NCBI GenBank assembly: GCA_041663485.1
Contig: JBAYMO010000001.1
Location: forward strand, 11,023 to 75,022
Direction of reading: 5' to 3'
DNA: 64,000 nt
DNA from: Candidatus Buchananbacteria bacterium
GTDB lineage: Bacteria > Patescibacteriota > Patescibacteriia > Buchananbacterales > UBA6539
The translations under genes were made by a program, and so were the position numbers. The notes below the pieces were generated by a model. That model was given only the letters and a program-made list of their open reading frames with translations. It was not told where the DNA came from and made no database searches. Shown here piece by piece: positions 1-9,923 of the stretch. Within the stretch, counting starts at the first letter, position 1, and every line of letters starts with the position of its first letter.

Positions 1-759
1 AACGGTTCCAGTGGATTTTACTCTCAATTCCCAACCTTCACTGGTAGCCAAGGTTAGCTCATCAGATTCAGGATTCTCAATACTATATTGCAAAATATCA
101 AAATCGGCCGATTTCTTTAATTCATCCTGTAAACTCAGAATATAATCAACAGTTTTTTTTGGCAGAACCTCCTTACCAATTTGAATGTCAGTATTGCTCT
201 TATCCATTACAACCGCTAAATCAGTACTAGCACTCAAAGGCCGAATAATTTCCACGCTGCCAGTTCTTTCTTTTTGGTCAGATAATCCCAATTCATATTT
301 TTTTATGGCTACTCCGTTCTCGTCAAGATTGAATTTCCCCTGATTGTTGATAAAAATAATTGACGTAGTTTTTTCTTTAATCCAAACGTCTACGGTATTA
401 AAATACTTTTTAGAAACTTTGAGATCTTGCAGCGAGTACATCTTATTCAATAAGCGCTTAGCTTGATACTTATTAAAAAATAAAATATTTTTTTGACTAA
501 AAAACAAAAATCTTTTTTTACTGATTTGTTTTTCAATCACCGCCTTGATTTCCTCATCACTAATAAATTCATTGCCCGCCACCCGGATATTACTAATTTT
601 TAAAAAATTTAAATTATTTATAATCGCCAGGCTAATAAAGCATAAAATCAAGCCGGAAATTATAAATATTTTCTTCCCCTGAGGTAAAGAAAATCTTGAC
701 TTTTTCCGCGCAAAATAAGGGTTATTGAATTTTTTTGGCTGATAAATTTTTCTTTTCAT
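1..759 (-). CDS. ftsQ: Cell division protein FtsQ/DivIB (3' end runs off window)
   Basis: Not in the ORF track. Manual translation from ATG 759 gives MKRKIYQPKKFNNPYF..., a basic N-terminus, one TM helix, then POTRA-like ISNIRVAGNEFISDEEI. Lies directly after ddl. Confidence 0.75.
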   Translation of the reverse strand, partial: MKRKIYQPKKFNNPYFARKKSRFSLPQGKKIFIISGLILCFISLAIINNLNFLKISNIRVAGNEFISDEEIKAVIEKQISKKRFLFFSQKNILFFNKYQAKRLLNKMYSLQDLKVSKKYFNTVDVWIKEKTTSIIFINNQGKFNLDENGVAIKKYELGLSDQKERTGSVEIIRPLSASTDLAVVMDKSNTDIQIGKEVLPKKTVDYILSLQDELKKSADFDILQYSIENPESDELTLATSEGWELRVKSTGTV

Positions 760-761
760 TT

Positions 762-1907
762 TTATTTGTACCAATCTTGTTTAGGCTGATATGAGGTCAG
801 TAATTGATTCTTTTGCTGATGTCGTTTAATAGCTAAATCAATCAACTCATTAAGGAGCTTGGAATAAGATAATCCGACTGCTTCCCAAAGCTTGGGATAC
901 ATTGAAATTGAAGTAAAGCCGGGCAAAGTGTTAACTTCATTAAGATATATCCTTTTTTTGTCTTTGGATAACAAAAAGTCAACTCGTGATAACCCGCTCA
1001 AATCTAGCACTTTAAAAGCCTCAATGGCGTATGCTTTTATTTTTTTTGTTAACTCGGCTGATAGTTTGGCCGGAATTACCGCTTGAGTTTTGCCATCAAC
1101 ATATTTTGCGTCATAATCATAAAATTCGTTGGATGGAATAATTTCTCCTAAAGCTGAAACTCGGGGTTTATCGTTACCTAAAACTGAGACCTCTATTTCG
1201 GTAATATTTTCTATCCCCTGTTCCACAATAACTTTTCGATCGTATCTGGCGGCTTCATTAATACCTCGAATCAATTCCTGACGATTATGACACTTCCCTA
1301 TCCCCACGCTGGAACCGGTATTGGCAGGCTTAGTAAATACCGGATATTTAAGTTTATTTTCAATATTTTTAATAATTTGCTGGCGATTTTTTGACCAAGC
1401 ACTGGATAAAAAATAAACATACTCAACAATCGGCAGTTTGGCCTGAGCAAAAATTTGTTTTTGGACAATTTTATCCATCCCTACGGCTGAACCTAAAACG
1501 CCACAACCGACATACGGAATATTCGCCATTTCCAGCAAGCCTTGTAAACATCCGTCTTCGCCATAGGTACCGTGCATGACTGGAAAAATTACATCGACTT
1601 TAGTAAAAGGTTTTTGCGTTTCTGTCACCGGGGCTAAAGTCTTTTCTGAAACATTGGTTAATCTGTTTTCCGTTGGATCAGGTATTAAAATTGACTTAAA
1701 AGGCAATTTTTTAATGCCGGCTTTGAGATATTCAACCGCCTTCTGACCGGCGATCCATTGACCTTGCTTGGTAATGCCAATCGGCACCGCTTCATACTTG
1801 CTTCGGTCAAGAAATTTTAAGACTGACTGAGCCGACACAATTGAGACTTCATGTTCACCAGACCGACCACCAAATATAACCCCAACTTTAATTTTATTTT
1901 TTGACAT
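762..1907 (-). CDS. ddl: D-alanine--D-alanine ligase
   Basis: Motifs GGRSGEHEVS, HGTYGEDG, GSSVG, FYDYDAKY, NEVNTLPG. Confidence 0.97.
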   Translation of the reverse strand: MSKNKIKVGVIFGGRSGEHEVSIVSAQSVLKFLDRSKYEAVPIGITKQGQWIAGQKAVEYLKAGIKKLPFKSILIPDPTENRLTNVSEKTLAPVTETQKPFTKVDVIFPVMHGTYGEDGCLQGLLEMANIPYVGCGVLGSAVGMDKIVQKQIFAQAKLPIVEYVYFLSSAWSKNRQQIIKNIENKLKYPVFTKPANTGSSVGIGKCHNRQELIRGINEAARYDRKVIVEQGIENITEIEVSVLGNDKPRVSALGEIIPSNEFYDYDAKYVDGKTQAVIPAKLSAELTKKIKAYAIEAFKVLDLSGLSRVDFLLSKDKKRIYLNEVNTLPGFTSISMYPKLWEAVGLSYSKLLNELIDLAIKRHQQKNQLLTSYQPKQDWYK

Positions 1908-1956
1908 AATATTGATAAAATTATAATTTTTTACCTTATTTAATTATTTTTACGTT

Positions 1957-3072
1957 TTATTTTATATACATCCTAGGCAATAAAGGATTAATTCGCGTGA
2001 CTACTTCGTAATTAATTGTACCGATTTTTTTGGCTAAATCTTCAGCTGGAATTTTATTACCTAACAATATCGCTTCGTCTCCAGTTTTTACTGATTTTAT
2101 TTTAGATACATCAACCATCATCAAATTCATACAGATACGACCAACTACCGAACAAACTGCATTTTTAATCTGAACAAATCCGGTGTTCGAAAGTTTTCGG
2201 TCATAACCTTCCCAATACCCCGCGGCCAACACCGCAATTTTCATTTCTTTTTTTGCTTGATAGGTTGAACCATAACCGACTTTGGCGCCAGCGGGAATAG
2301 TTTTAATTTGTACAATTTTGGTCTTCCAAATTAAGGCCGGTTTTAGTTTAAACCAAGGATATTTTTTTTGAATAATATTTTTAACTTTGGCCGATGGCCA
2401 CAAGCCATAAAGACCCAAACCAAGCCTGATTAAATTAAAATTGGCCTGTGGCTCAACCAAACTGGCAGCACTACAGGCAAAATGTTTATCTGAAATTTTT
2501 ATCTGATTCTTTTCAAGATCTTTGACAACATTATTAAAAATTTTGAGCTGTGATTTTGTATAATTTGGATTGTTTTCTGAATCAGCAAAATGGCTGTAAA
2601 GGCCAACCACCTTCAGACCAGGCATCATAATTATTTTTTTTATAAAAAACTCGGCTTGGCTTGGCGCGATACCAATTCGTGACGTCCCAGTATCAATTTT
2701 AACATGAACTTTAGCTTCTTTTCTTTGTTTTAATGCAACTTGGGAAATAATTTTCGCATAATTTAAATCATAAACCGGCAACTCAATCCCCTGTTTAATT
2801 CCATCACTTAAGTATCGACCGGGGGCATAGCTTAGAACAAAAATATTATTTTTTATTCCGAGTTTTTTTAATGCCAAAGCTTCACCAAGACTGACAACAC
2901 CAAATCTTTTTACTTTAGCCGAAAGTAGCCGGGCAATCTCGAACATCCCATGCCCATAAGCGTTACTTTTAATTACCGGCACGATTTCAACCCTGGAACC
3001 GACCAATTTTTGATATTGAGCTAGGTTGTTTAAAATTGCTGATTTTGAAATTTCGACCCAAGAATTATACAT
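1957..3072 (-). CDS. alr: Alanine racemase
   Basis: PLP-lysine motif VIKSNAYGHG, plus HVKIDTG, GRICM, GTINYE. Confidence 0.96.
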   Translation of the reverse strand: MYNSWVEISKSAILNNLAQYQKLVGSRVEIVPVIKSNAYGHGMFEIARLLSAKVKRFGVVSLGEALALKKLGIKNNIFVLSYAPGRYLSDGIKQGIELPVYDLNYAKIISQVALKQRKEAKVHVKIDTGTSRIGIAPSQAEFFIKKIIMMPGLKVVGLYSHFADSENNPNYTKSQLKIFNNVVKDLEKNQIKISDKHFACSAASLVEPQANFNLIRLGLGLYGLWPSAKVKNIIQKKYPWFKLKPALIWKTKIVQIKTIPAGAKVGYGSTYQAKKEMKIAVLAAGYWEGYDRKLSNTGFVQIKNAVCSVVGRICMNLMMVDVSKIKSVKTGDEAILLGNKIPAEDLAKKIGTINYEVVTRINPLLPRMYIK

Positions 3073-4325
3073 TATTTATTATTTTTTTCAATTTTACTAA
3101 AGCCGCAAAACGGCTGGAGAGCCAAAGGAATATCCACGGAACCATCTTCATTCTGAAACTGCTCTAAAATCGCAGGAATTAAGCGGCTAGTGGCCAAACC
3201 AGAGGCATTTAGGGTATGAACAAACTCATTTTTGCCAGTTTCCAAATTTTTAAAGCGCACATTACCCCGACGCGCTTGATAATCCAAGGCATTGGAAACA
3301 CTGGAGACTTCTTTGTATCCCTCCATGCTGGGGATCCAGACTTCAATATCAATAGTTTTAGCCATAGCCGCTGAAGCGTCCCCCGCTGCCAATAATACCG
3401 ACTGAAAATGCAGACCTAAGCCTTCTACCAAAGCTTCGGCATTCTTAACTAGTTCCGCAAAACTGTCCCAAGATTGTTCCGGCTTAGTATATTGAAACAT
3501 TTCAATTTTGTTAAATTGATGGCCACGAATCATTCCTCTTTCTTCTTTGCGATAGCTACCGGCTTCGCGCCTAAAACAAGCGGAATAGGCACAATATTTG
3601 TAAGGCAATTTTTGGACGTCCAAAATTTCATCGCGATGATAGTTGCCCAGCATCATTTCCGAAGTCGCGTTCAAACATAATTTATCTTGAGTCCAAAATA
3701 AATCATCACGGAATTTTGGTAAATGTCCAGAAGTATAGGCCGATTGTTCGGTCAGCAAAAATGGCGGGATCATGAAAGTATAGCCATTGCTTTGATGAAA
3801 TTTTATAAAGTATGAAAGCAAGGCCCACTCCAAAATTGCTCCGGCACCTTTATAAATCCAAAAACCCGTACCGGACATTTTAGCCGCCCGCTCGTAATCA
3901 ATAATATCTAAGCTTACCGCCAAATCATAATGATCTTTAATGGTAAATTTAAATTTCTTCTGACTGCCAACGGTTTTTATGACCTTATTATTCTCTTTTC
4001 CACCAGCTAAAACGTCGTCCGCGGGTAAATTGGGCAAAGCCGCCAATTTTTCGTTTAAATTATCTTCCACCATTCTCAACCTATCATCAAGTTCTTTGAT
4101 TTGATCCCCAATATCGCGCATCTTTTTTATCGTTTTTTCGTCCGGCTTGGTTTTAGAAAATTTATTTCTTTCAGCTTTCAAAATTTCCGCCTCTTGCAAA
4201 ATCTCTCGGCGCTTATCATCAGCCAAAATAATATCGTCGAGATTTAAATCTTTTTTATCCAACCTTTTTAACAAAGCCTTAGTTACCTCCTCCTTCTGAT
4301 TTCTGATTCGATTTAGATCTAGCAT
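3072..4325 (-). CDS. serS: Serine--tRNA ligase
   Basis: N-terminal coiled coil, FRREAG motif 2, HQFNKIE, HTLNASGLA. Confidence 0.97.
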   Translation of the reverse strand: MLDLNRIRNQKEEVTKALLKRLDKKDLNLDDIILADDKRREILQEAEILKAERNKFSKTKPDEKTIKKMRDIGDQIKELDDRLRMVEDNLNEKLAALPNLPADDVLAGGKENNKVIKTVGSQKKFKFTIKDHYDLAVSLDIIDYERAAKMSGTGFWIYKGAGAILEWALLSYFIKFHQSNGYTFMIPPFLLTEQSAYTSGHLPKFRDDLFWTQDKLCLNATSEMMLGNYHRDEILDVQKLPYKYCAYSACFRREAGSYRKEERGMIRGHQFNKIEMFQYTKPEQSWDSFAELVKNAEALVEGLGLHFQSVLLAAGDASAAMAKTIDIEVWIPSMEGYKEVSSVSNALDYQARRGNVRFKNLETGKNEFVHTLNASGLATSRLIPAILEQFQNEDGSVDIPLALQPFCGFSKIEKNNK

Positions 4326-4339
4326 ATTTATTATAATAA

Positions 4340-4726
4340 TTAATTTAATTTAGATGATTTGAATTTTTTTGGCTGATAAGATTTTAACCGAAAAAAAATT
4401 ATTTTAGGAAACTTTTTTTTAAGATTACAATTAAAACTTTTCTGATCATAGCCTAAACAAATTACCTCCGGTTTAATTTTTCTAATTATAGCCAAAGGGT
4501 CGCGCACTTGCCCTAGAATTCCCAAGTCAACCAATTCATTATTCCTCACTTCTCTCAGCCTGGCAATTTCACTCGTTTTGGGCCAATGTTTTTTTATCTT
4601 AAAAACATTTTTATCCCGCGCGACGACAACAATTAAATACTCGCCTTTTTTCTTAGCCTGCCTGAACAGATTTAAATGCCCCGGATGCAAGCCGTCAAAA
4701 GTGCCAAAAACCATCACTTTTCTCAT
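4340..4726 (-). CDS. Cytidylyltransferase-family nucleotidyltransferase (archaeal FAD synthase RibL-like)
   Basis: HxGH motif FGTFDGLHPGH, VVARD, LGYDQ. Confidence 0.8.
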   Translation of the reverse strand: MRKVMVFGTFDGLHPGHLNLFRQAKKKGEYLIVVVARDKNVFKIKKHWPKTSEIARLREVRNNELVDLGILGQVRDPLAIIRKIKPEVICLGYDQKSFNCNLKKKFPKIIFFRLKSYQPKKFKSSKLN

Positions 4727-4729
4727 AGC

Positions 4730-5296
4730 CTAAAGACTAATTTCCGACGCAATTTCTTTCATCGCGCCTAAACTTATTTCAATAAATTCATCCAAGGAAA
4801 TACCGGCTAATTCGCATTCCTTAATAATTCCACGGTTAACGCTGGCCGCGAAAGACTTATCTTTCATTTTCTTTTTTATGGAACTAATTTCTACGTTTTC
4901 TAGCTTCTTTTCCGGTCTAACCAATGCCGTGGCGTAAATTAAACCCGTAATCGTTTCGGCGGCCGCTAAAAGATGCTCAGTATTAGTTTCTCTTTTTTTA
5001 TCCAAAAAATCCTGACCCAAAACCGCAAAGCCATAAGCATGAGAAACAATAGTATTGATAAAATCCTGATCAAAGCCAGCCTGACTTAAAATTTCAACAC
5101 ACCGCCGACAATGTGTTTTCTCTCCATATTCCCAATCAATATCGTGCAATAGACCCAAATTACCCCAATAATCCTGGTCTTGATTAAGCTTTTTAGCCAG
5201 GGCTCTCATGATAGCTTCCGACTCCCGACTATGATTTAAATTAGTCGGGTCTTTAAGGTGTTTTTGCAACAAAATTATAGCATCTTGCCTGTTCAT
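4730..5296 (-). CDS. HD/HDIG-domain phosphohydrolase
   Basis: HSRE...GLLHDIDW and KKMKDKSFAASVNR, typical of this family. Confidence 0.85.
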   Translation of the reverse strand: MNRQDAIILLQKHLKDPTNLNHSRESEAIMRALAKKLNQDQDYWGNLGLLHDIDWEYGEKTHCRRCVEILSQAGFDQDFINTIVSHAYGFAVLGQDFLDKKRETNTEHLLAAAETITGLIYATALVRPEKKLENVEISSIKKKMKDKSFAASVNRGIIKECELAGISLDEFIEISLGAMKEIASEISL

Positions 5297-5370
5297 AAAA
5301 TACTATTTGTTAAACCGATTTTTTTCACTCTCAAAAGGACGAAAACAACTTAGGTTGAAATAAAAAAATT

Positions 5371-6879
5371 TTATTTGATCTTCTTTTCTTGATTATCCAA
5401 ATCAATTGGCCGCAGCAAAGGAAATAGAATAACGTCGCGTAAATTATCTTGCTGGGTCAAAAGAGTTAAAATTCTATCAATACCCATACCCCAGCCAGAA
5501 ATTGGCGGCGCGCCATGTTCCAAAGCTTTTACATATTCATCGTCTTTACCATGGGCCTCGGCATCACCGGCCGCCTTAGCCTGAGCTTGAGCCGAGAAAC
5601 GCTCGCTCTGGTCAATCGGGTCAACTAATTCGGAATAAGCATTAACGATTTCCCAGGTATTGACCAATAATTGAAACCGATCCACGATTTGCGGATTATC
5701 ATCATTTTTTCTAGCTAAAGGCGATAAATCAAGAGGATGTCTAATCAAAAAAGTCGGCATAACAATTTTTTCTCGCGAGACTACCTTGAAAAGGGCATCG
5801 ATTAAATTTCCCCTTTCTAAGTCAGCCATACCGTCAATTTTAATTTTTTTCTTTTCAATTTCTTGTTTTAACTTTTTAGCCGAATCGAATTGATCAATAT
5901 CAATACCACAATCGCGTTTAATTAACTCTGCGAATGTTAATTTAGGCCAGGGGGGAGTAAAATCAACTTCCACTAGTTCCCCTTCTCGATTTTTGATTTT
6001 AATTTTTAACTGACCAAATAATTTATTCAGTAAAAAAGTAATCATTTCTTCCGTAAATTTCATGTTATCTTCAAAATTCCAATAGGCCGCGTAGTGCTCA
6101 CACATGGTAAAATCTTGCAAATGAGAAGGATCCATCCCTTCATTTCTAAAACATCGGCCAATTTCAAAAATCTTTTCAAAGCCGCCAATAATTACTTCCT
6201 TTAAATAAACCTCCGGCGCAATGCGTAAGTAAACATCCAAATCTAGGGCGTTGTAATGAGTAACAAAGGGCTTAGCCAATGCCCCGGAAGCGGCGTTAAC
6301 CAAAATCGGCGTATCGACTTCCATAAAACCTTTTGACCAATAAAATTCTCGCAAAGCCTTAATAAATTCACTGCGCAAGACAAAACGATCATAGGTTTGG
6401 GGATTGGCAATCAAATCCAAATATCTTTGCCGATAACAGCTTTCCTGATCCTGCAAACCGTGCCATTTCTCTGGCAGCGGTCTTAAAGCTTTGCTTAGTA
6501 ACTCAAATTTTTCCACCAGAATTGAAACCTCGCCCTTTTGCGTCTTGAAAATTCGTCCCGACAAACCAATAAAGTCAGCCGGATCAAATGTCTTAAGAAA
6601 ATTCTTAAAAACATCCTTACCGATTTCGTCCTGTTTTAGAACAATTTGCAGTTTGCCCGAGCTATCGGCAATATGGCAAAAACAAATTTTACCCATTTCC
6701 CTGATAGTTAAAATTCTTCCGGCTGCCCTAGCCTGACTGTCCAAAGGCAGTAATAAAATGTCTTTTATATCCTGCTTATCAGAAAACTTTTGCAGATATG
6801 GATTTATCCCCTGTTCTCTCAGCTTTTTAAGCTTTTCTTTACGATTTTGATATTCGTCATTTAAAGTTGATTTTGCCAT
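5371..6879 (-). CDS. lysS: Lysine--tRNA ligase (class II)
   Basis: OB-fold anticodon domain, YRQRYLDL, YLRIAPE, FRNEG, GMGIDR. Confidence 0.97.
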   Translation of the reverse strand: MAKSTLNDEYQNRKEKLKKLREQGINPYLQKFSDKQDIKDILLLPLDSQARAAGRILTIREMGKICFCHIADSSGKLQIVLKQDEIGKDVFKNFLKTFDPADFIGLSGRIFKTQKGEVSILVEKFELLSKALRPLPEKWHGLQDQESCYRQRYLDLIANPQTYDRFVLRSEFIKALREFYWSKGFMEVDTPILVNAASGALAKPFVTHYNALDLDVYLRIAPEVYLKEVIIGGFEKIFEIGRCFRNEGMDPSHLQDFTMCEHYAAYWNFEDNMKFTEEMITFLLNKLFGQLKIKIKNREGELVEVDFTPPWPKLTFAELIKRDCGIDIDQFDSAKKLKQEIEKKKIKIDGMADLERGNLIDALFKVVSREKIVMPTFLIRHPLDLSPLARKNDDNPQIVDRFQLLVNTWEIVNAYSELVDPIDQSERFSAQAQAKAAGDAEAHGKDDEYVKALEHGAPPISGWGMGIDRILTLLTQQDNLRDVILFPLLRPIDLDNQEKKIK

Positions 6880-6947
6880 ATTTTTTTCAGATTTATATCC
6901 TATATTTTACTAAATATTCCGACTTTAGTCAAAAAAATTAGCTACAC

Positions 6948-6983
6948 AAAAAAATAGTCCCACCAAGGCGAGACTATTTTTTT
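6948..6983. terminator. Intrinsic terminator downstream of greA
   Basis: AAAATAGTC...GACTATTTT stem flanked by A and T tracts. Confidence 0.7.
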
Positions 6984-6999
6984 TAATACCTGAAATATC

Positions 7000-7458
7000 T
7001 TATTTGATCTTTAAAATCTCACACTCCATTTCTCCCTTAGGGACTACCACTTTGACTTTTTCACCAATTTTTCGCCCTAAGAAAGCGCGACCCAAAGGCG
7101 ACTCATTTGAGATTAAACCCATGGACGGATTAGCTTCGTTTGAGCCGACGATCGTGTACTCTGTTTCTTTTTTATTGCAAAGAATTTTTATTGTACTACC
7201 GACATTAACCATATTCTTTGAACCGCCCTCTTCAATTAATTCTGACTTGTTGATTAAATTTTCCAGCTCGGCCATCCGACCGGCAATGAAACCTTGTTCA
7301 TCTTTGGCGTCTTGATACTCGGCATTCTCCGAAAGGTCACCCAGCTCTTTGGCTCTGGCAATTCTTTCAATTACTTCCGGCATTTTTATTTTTTTTAAAT
7401 ATTCCAATTCTTCCTCTAATTTCTGTAAACCTTGTTTGGTTAAATAATTTGTTCCCAT
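7000..7458 (-). CDS. greA: Transcription elongation factor GreA
   Basis: GDLSENAEY and ISNESPLGRA. Confidence 0.97.
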   Translation of the reverse strand: MGTNYLTKQGLQKLEEELEYLKKIKMPEVIERIARAKELGDLSENAEYQDAKDEQGFIAGRMAELENLINKSELIEEGGSKNMVNVGSTIKILCNKKETEYTIVGSNEANPSMGLISNESPLGRAFLGRKIGEKVKVVVPKGEMECEILKIK

Positions 7459-7530
7459 AGTAGTAAAAGGCTTAAAAAAAATACAGTTTTTTTAAGAGCT
7501 GTAAAAATTTTATTTAAATACCTGAATTAA

Positions 7531-7559
7531 ATTATAATTTAATAAAAAATATATGTCAA
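7531..7559 (-). promoter_or_regulatory. sigma70-type promoter of greA
   Basis: Minus strand TTGACA-17 nt-TATAAT. Confidence 0.75.
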
Positions 7560-7570
7560 GACTTGTGCCT

Positions 7571-7900
7571 AAAAAATAAAAAGGTTGGCAACAGAAACCA
7601 CTTGGTAGCCCCTTTGGAGGTCCGTTGTTGGGATACGGAGTCTTCTCTAGCAAAAAGAGTCGCAACGAGGGAAGACTAGAAGGGGTATCCGCCAGAGCTC
7701 AGCTACAACTATTCGTATGCCTGGAGCTTTGCCGTTATTACATAGTTGGCCATCATCCGGGGCGGTAGAAACTCTCGAAAAGTTCCGCCTGGCCGTAAAC
7801 CCGCTAGACATGTTGACAATCACCCAACGATAGCCAAAAACACGGCGCAATAGCTTCTGTTGCCAAAAATCGTATAGTCGAATTGCAATGAACAGCGATT
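7571..7900 (-). ncRNA. Putative novel structured non-coding RNA (~320 nt)
   Basis: GC-richer island closed by a perfect 12-bp stem (7585-7596 with 7855-7866). The stem extends to 16 bp with G-U pairs only on the minus strand. Several inner stems, an upstream promoter and a downstream U tract. Confidence 0.7.
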
Positions 7901-7903
7901 TAA

Positions 7904-7932
7904 ATATTATATAAATTAAACAAAAAAGTCAA
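7904..7932 (-). promoter_or_regulatory. sigma70-type promoter for the putative ncRNA
   Basis: Minus strand TTGACT-17 nt-TAATAT immediately after the mrdA stop. Confidence 0.6.
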
Positions 7933-7937
7933 GGGGG

Positions 7938-9923
7938 CTACTTCTTAATTAAGGCCTGGGTCGTAGAAGCCAAACCGGCCTTCTGCGCCGCCCACCAATT
8001 AAAAATATCATAGGCTACCGGCAGGGCCACGCTGCTGCCCTCACCTCCCTCTTCCACCAAAACCGTAATCACAATTTCTGGATCATGGTATGGCGCAAAG
8101 GCCGTAAACCAGGCTTGCGGCAGCTTAGTCGAGGACCATTGAGCCGTTCCAGTTTTAGCCGCCACTTCGACGGGTAGAGCACTTAAACGTTTACCACTAC
8201 CAGTCAAAACAGTTTGTCTCATTCCCCTCTTTATTATTTCAATATTTTTTTCGGATATAAAATCCTGATTTAAAATTCTTGGTTCAATCTTAGATATTGA
8301 ATTATTTTGACCGTCTAAAATTTCTTTAACCACATGCGGCTGGTAAATCTTGCCGCCGTTGGCATAAAATGACGTCCAAAGCGCGACCTGCAATGGCGTG
8401 GCCAGTAAATCACCCTGGCCAATGGCAAAATGATAAGTATCACCAATATACCAAACCTCATTTTTTGTTTCTTCTTTCCACCTGGGATCAGGCACAAAGC
8501 CGGTGGCTTCGTTAGGTAAGTCTATCCCCAGTTCCTTACCAATGTTAAACGATTCGCTATATTTTTCCAGCTGATCCACACCCAAACCCTTAAAATCATT
8601 ATAGCCGCCGCCGACGATATAAAAATAAGTATTGATTGATTCCGCTATCGCCTTAATAATGTTGGTGGCTCCGTGACCGCCGGCTTTCCAATCGGGAAAA
8701 AACCATTTATTAACATGGATGCCGCCGGAACTAACAAAAGTCGTATTTTCATTAACAATATTTTCCTGCAAAGCAGCGCCTCCGACAATCAACTTAAAGG
8801 TTGAACCGGGCGGATATTCACCACTAATTGAACGATTAAACAATGGGTGGCTAGAATCGTTAATTAGTTTCTGAAAATCACTTTGACTGATACCAAGACT
8901 GAATAAATTATTGTCAAAAGTCGGCAAAGAAACTAAGGCCAGGATTTCACCGGTTTTCGGATCCAAAACAATGACTGACCCTTTCTTTTTGCCAGTCGAA
9001 GATAAAATTTTCTTAAGACTCTTTTCCGAGATGTTTTGCAAATCTTGATCAATACTTAAAACCAAATTACTACCGGAAACATACTTCTGCGAAGCTAAAA
9101 TTTCCTTGGCTTGACCAGTGGCGTCTACCTCCACCTGCTCTTTGCCATTACTGCCTTTCAATTCTTTTTCATAGGTCAGCTCTAAGCCCGCCTTGCCGAC
9201 ATAATCATTGTAAAGGTAGCCTTTGGCCAAATATTCCTCCCTTTTACTTTCCTCAATCTTACCCTGATAACCTAAAACATGGGAAAAACTTTCAGTTGAT
9301 GACGCGGTTAAATAATGACGAGTACTGTCAATAATTAAAACCACGCCGGAATATTTCGTGGCCAATATTCTGATGCCGATTGCTTGATCTTGATTGAGAT
9401 TTTCCGCCACGATAATCGGCTGATAAGAATAGACGACTTTAGAAAATACTTGCTGATAGATGCCATCGGCCGATTGGCCGGTGACAGCGGATAATTCATC
9501 GGCCAAACTTCGACGAACGGCCTGATCCTTAGATAAATCAACCGGAATAATGCCCAAAGAAAAGCTTGGGATATTCTCCACCAACGGCTTCATGTTACGA
9601 TCATAAACCAGACCCCGAGGCGCTTTGACATCACGGATACGAATCCGATTGCCCTCCGCCACGGCGCGGAAGTAGTTACTTTGATACAATTGCAGATAAG
9701 CCGTTCGACCAAGTAATATAACCAAGCCTAAGAATAGTATTCCAAGCCAGAAATTGATACGCGGCTTATTTAAAATCAATCCAAATGAGCCGGACCGAAA
9801 ATTATTATCATCCGATGAAAAAGAATCCACTTCATGGCTGTAATTTTTGAAGCGGCGTTGAATACTATACTTGGAATTTTTCGATGTAATCCCAAAGGGA
9901 TCAGCCCCGGTTACGTTTTTCAT
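7938..9923 (-). CDS. mrdA: Penicillin-binding protein 2
   Basis: N-terminal TM, PGSTFK (SxxK), SIN (SxN), KTGTAQ; follows mreD. Confidence 0.95.
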   Translation of the reverse strand: MKNVTGADPFGITSKNSKYSIQRRFKNYSHEVDSFSSDDNNFRSGSFGLILNKPRINFWLGILFLGLVILLGRTAYLQLYQSNYFRAVAEGNRIRIRDVKAPRGLVYDRNMKPLVENIPSFSLGIIPVDLSKDQAVRRSLADELSAVTGQSADGIYQQVFSKVVYSYQPIIVAENLNQDQAIGIRILATKYSGVVLIIDSTRHYLTASSTESFSHVLGYQGKIEESKREEYLAKGYLYNDYVGKAGLELTYEKELKGSNGKEQVEVDATGQAKEILASQKYVSGSNLVLSIDQDLQNISEKSLKKILSSTGKKKGSVIVLDPKTGEILALVSLPTFDNNLFSLGISQSDFQKLINDSSHPLFNRSISGEYPPGSTFKLIVGGAALQENIVNENTTFVSSGGIHVNKWFFPDWKAGGHGATNIIKAIAESINTYFYIVGGGYNDFKGLGVDQLEKYSESFNIGKELGIDLPNEATGFVPDPRWKEETKNEVWYIGDTYHFAIGQGDLLATPLQVALWTSFYANGGKIYQPHVVKEILDGQNNSISKIEPRILNQDFISEKNIEIIKRGMRQTVLTGSGKRLSALPVEVAAKTGTAQWSSTKLPQAWFTAFAPYHDPEIVITVLVEEGGEGSSVALPVAYDIFNWWAAQKAGLASTTQALIKK

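Noticed and set aside
7647-7850. 67-aa ORF inside the structured island
   Set aside because: TTG start without SD, buried in long helices, and no protein-like features; RNA structure explains the region better.
7671-7880. Group I intron P7-like pair GACTA/TAGTC on the plus strand
   Set aside because: Only 5 bp, no interrupted host gene or recognisable P4-P6, and promoter, U tract and G-U pairs favour the minus strand.
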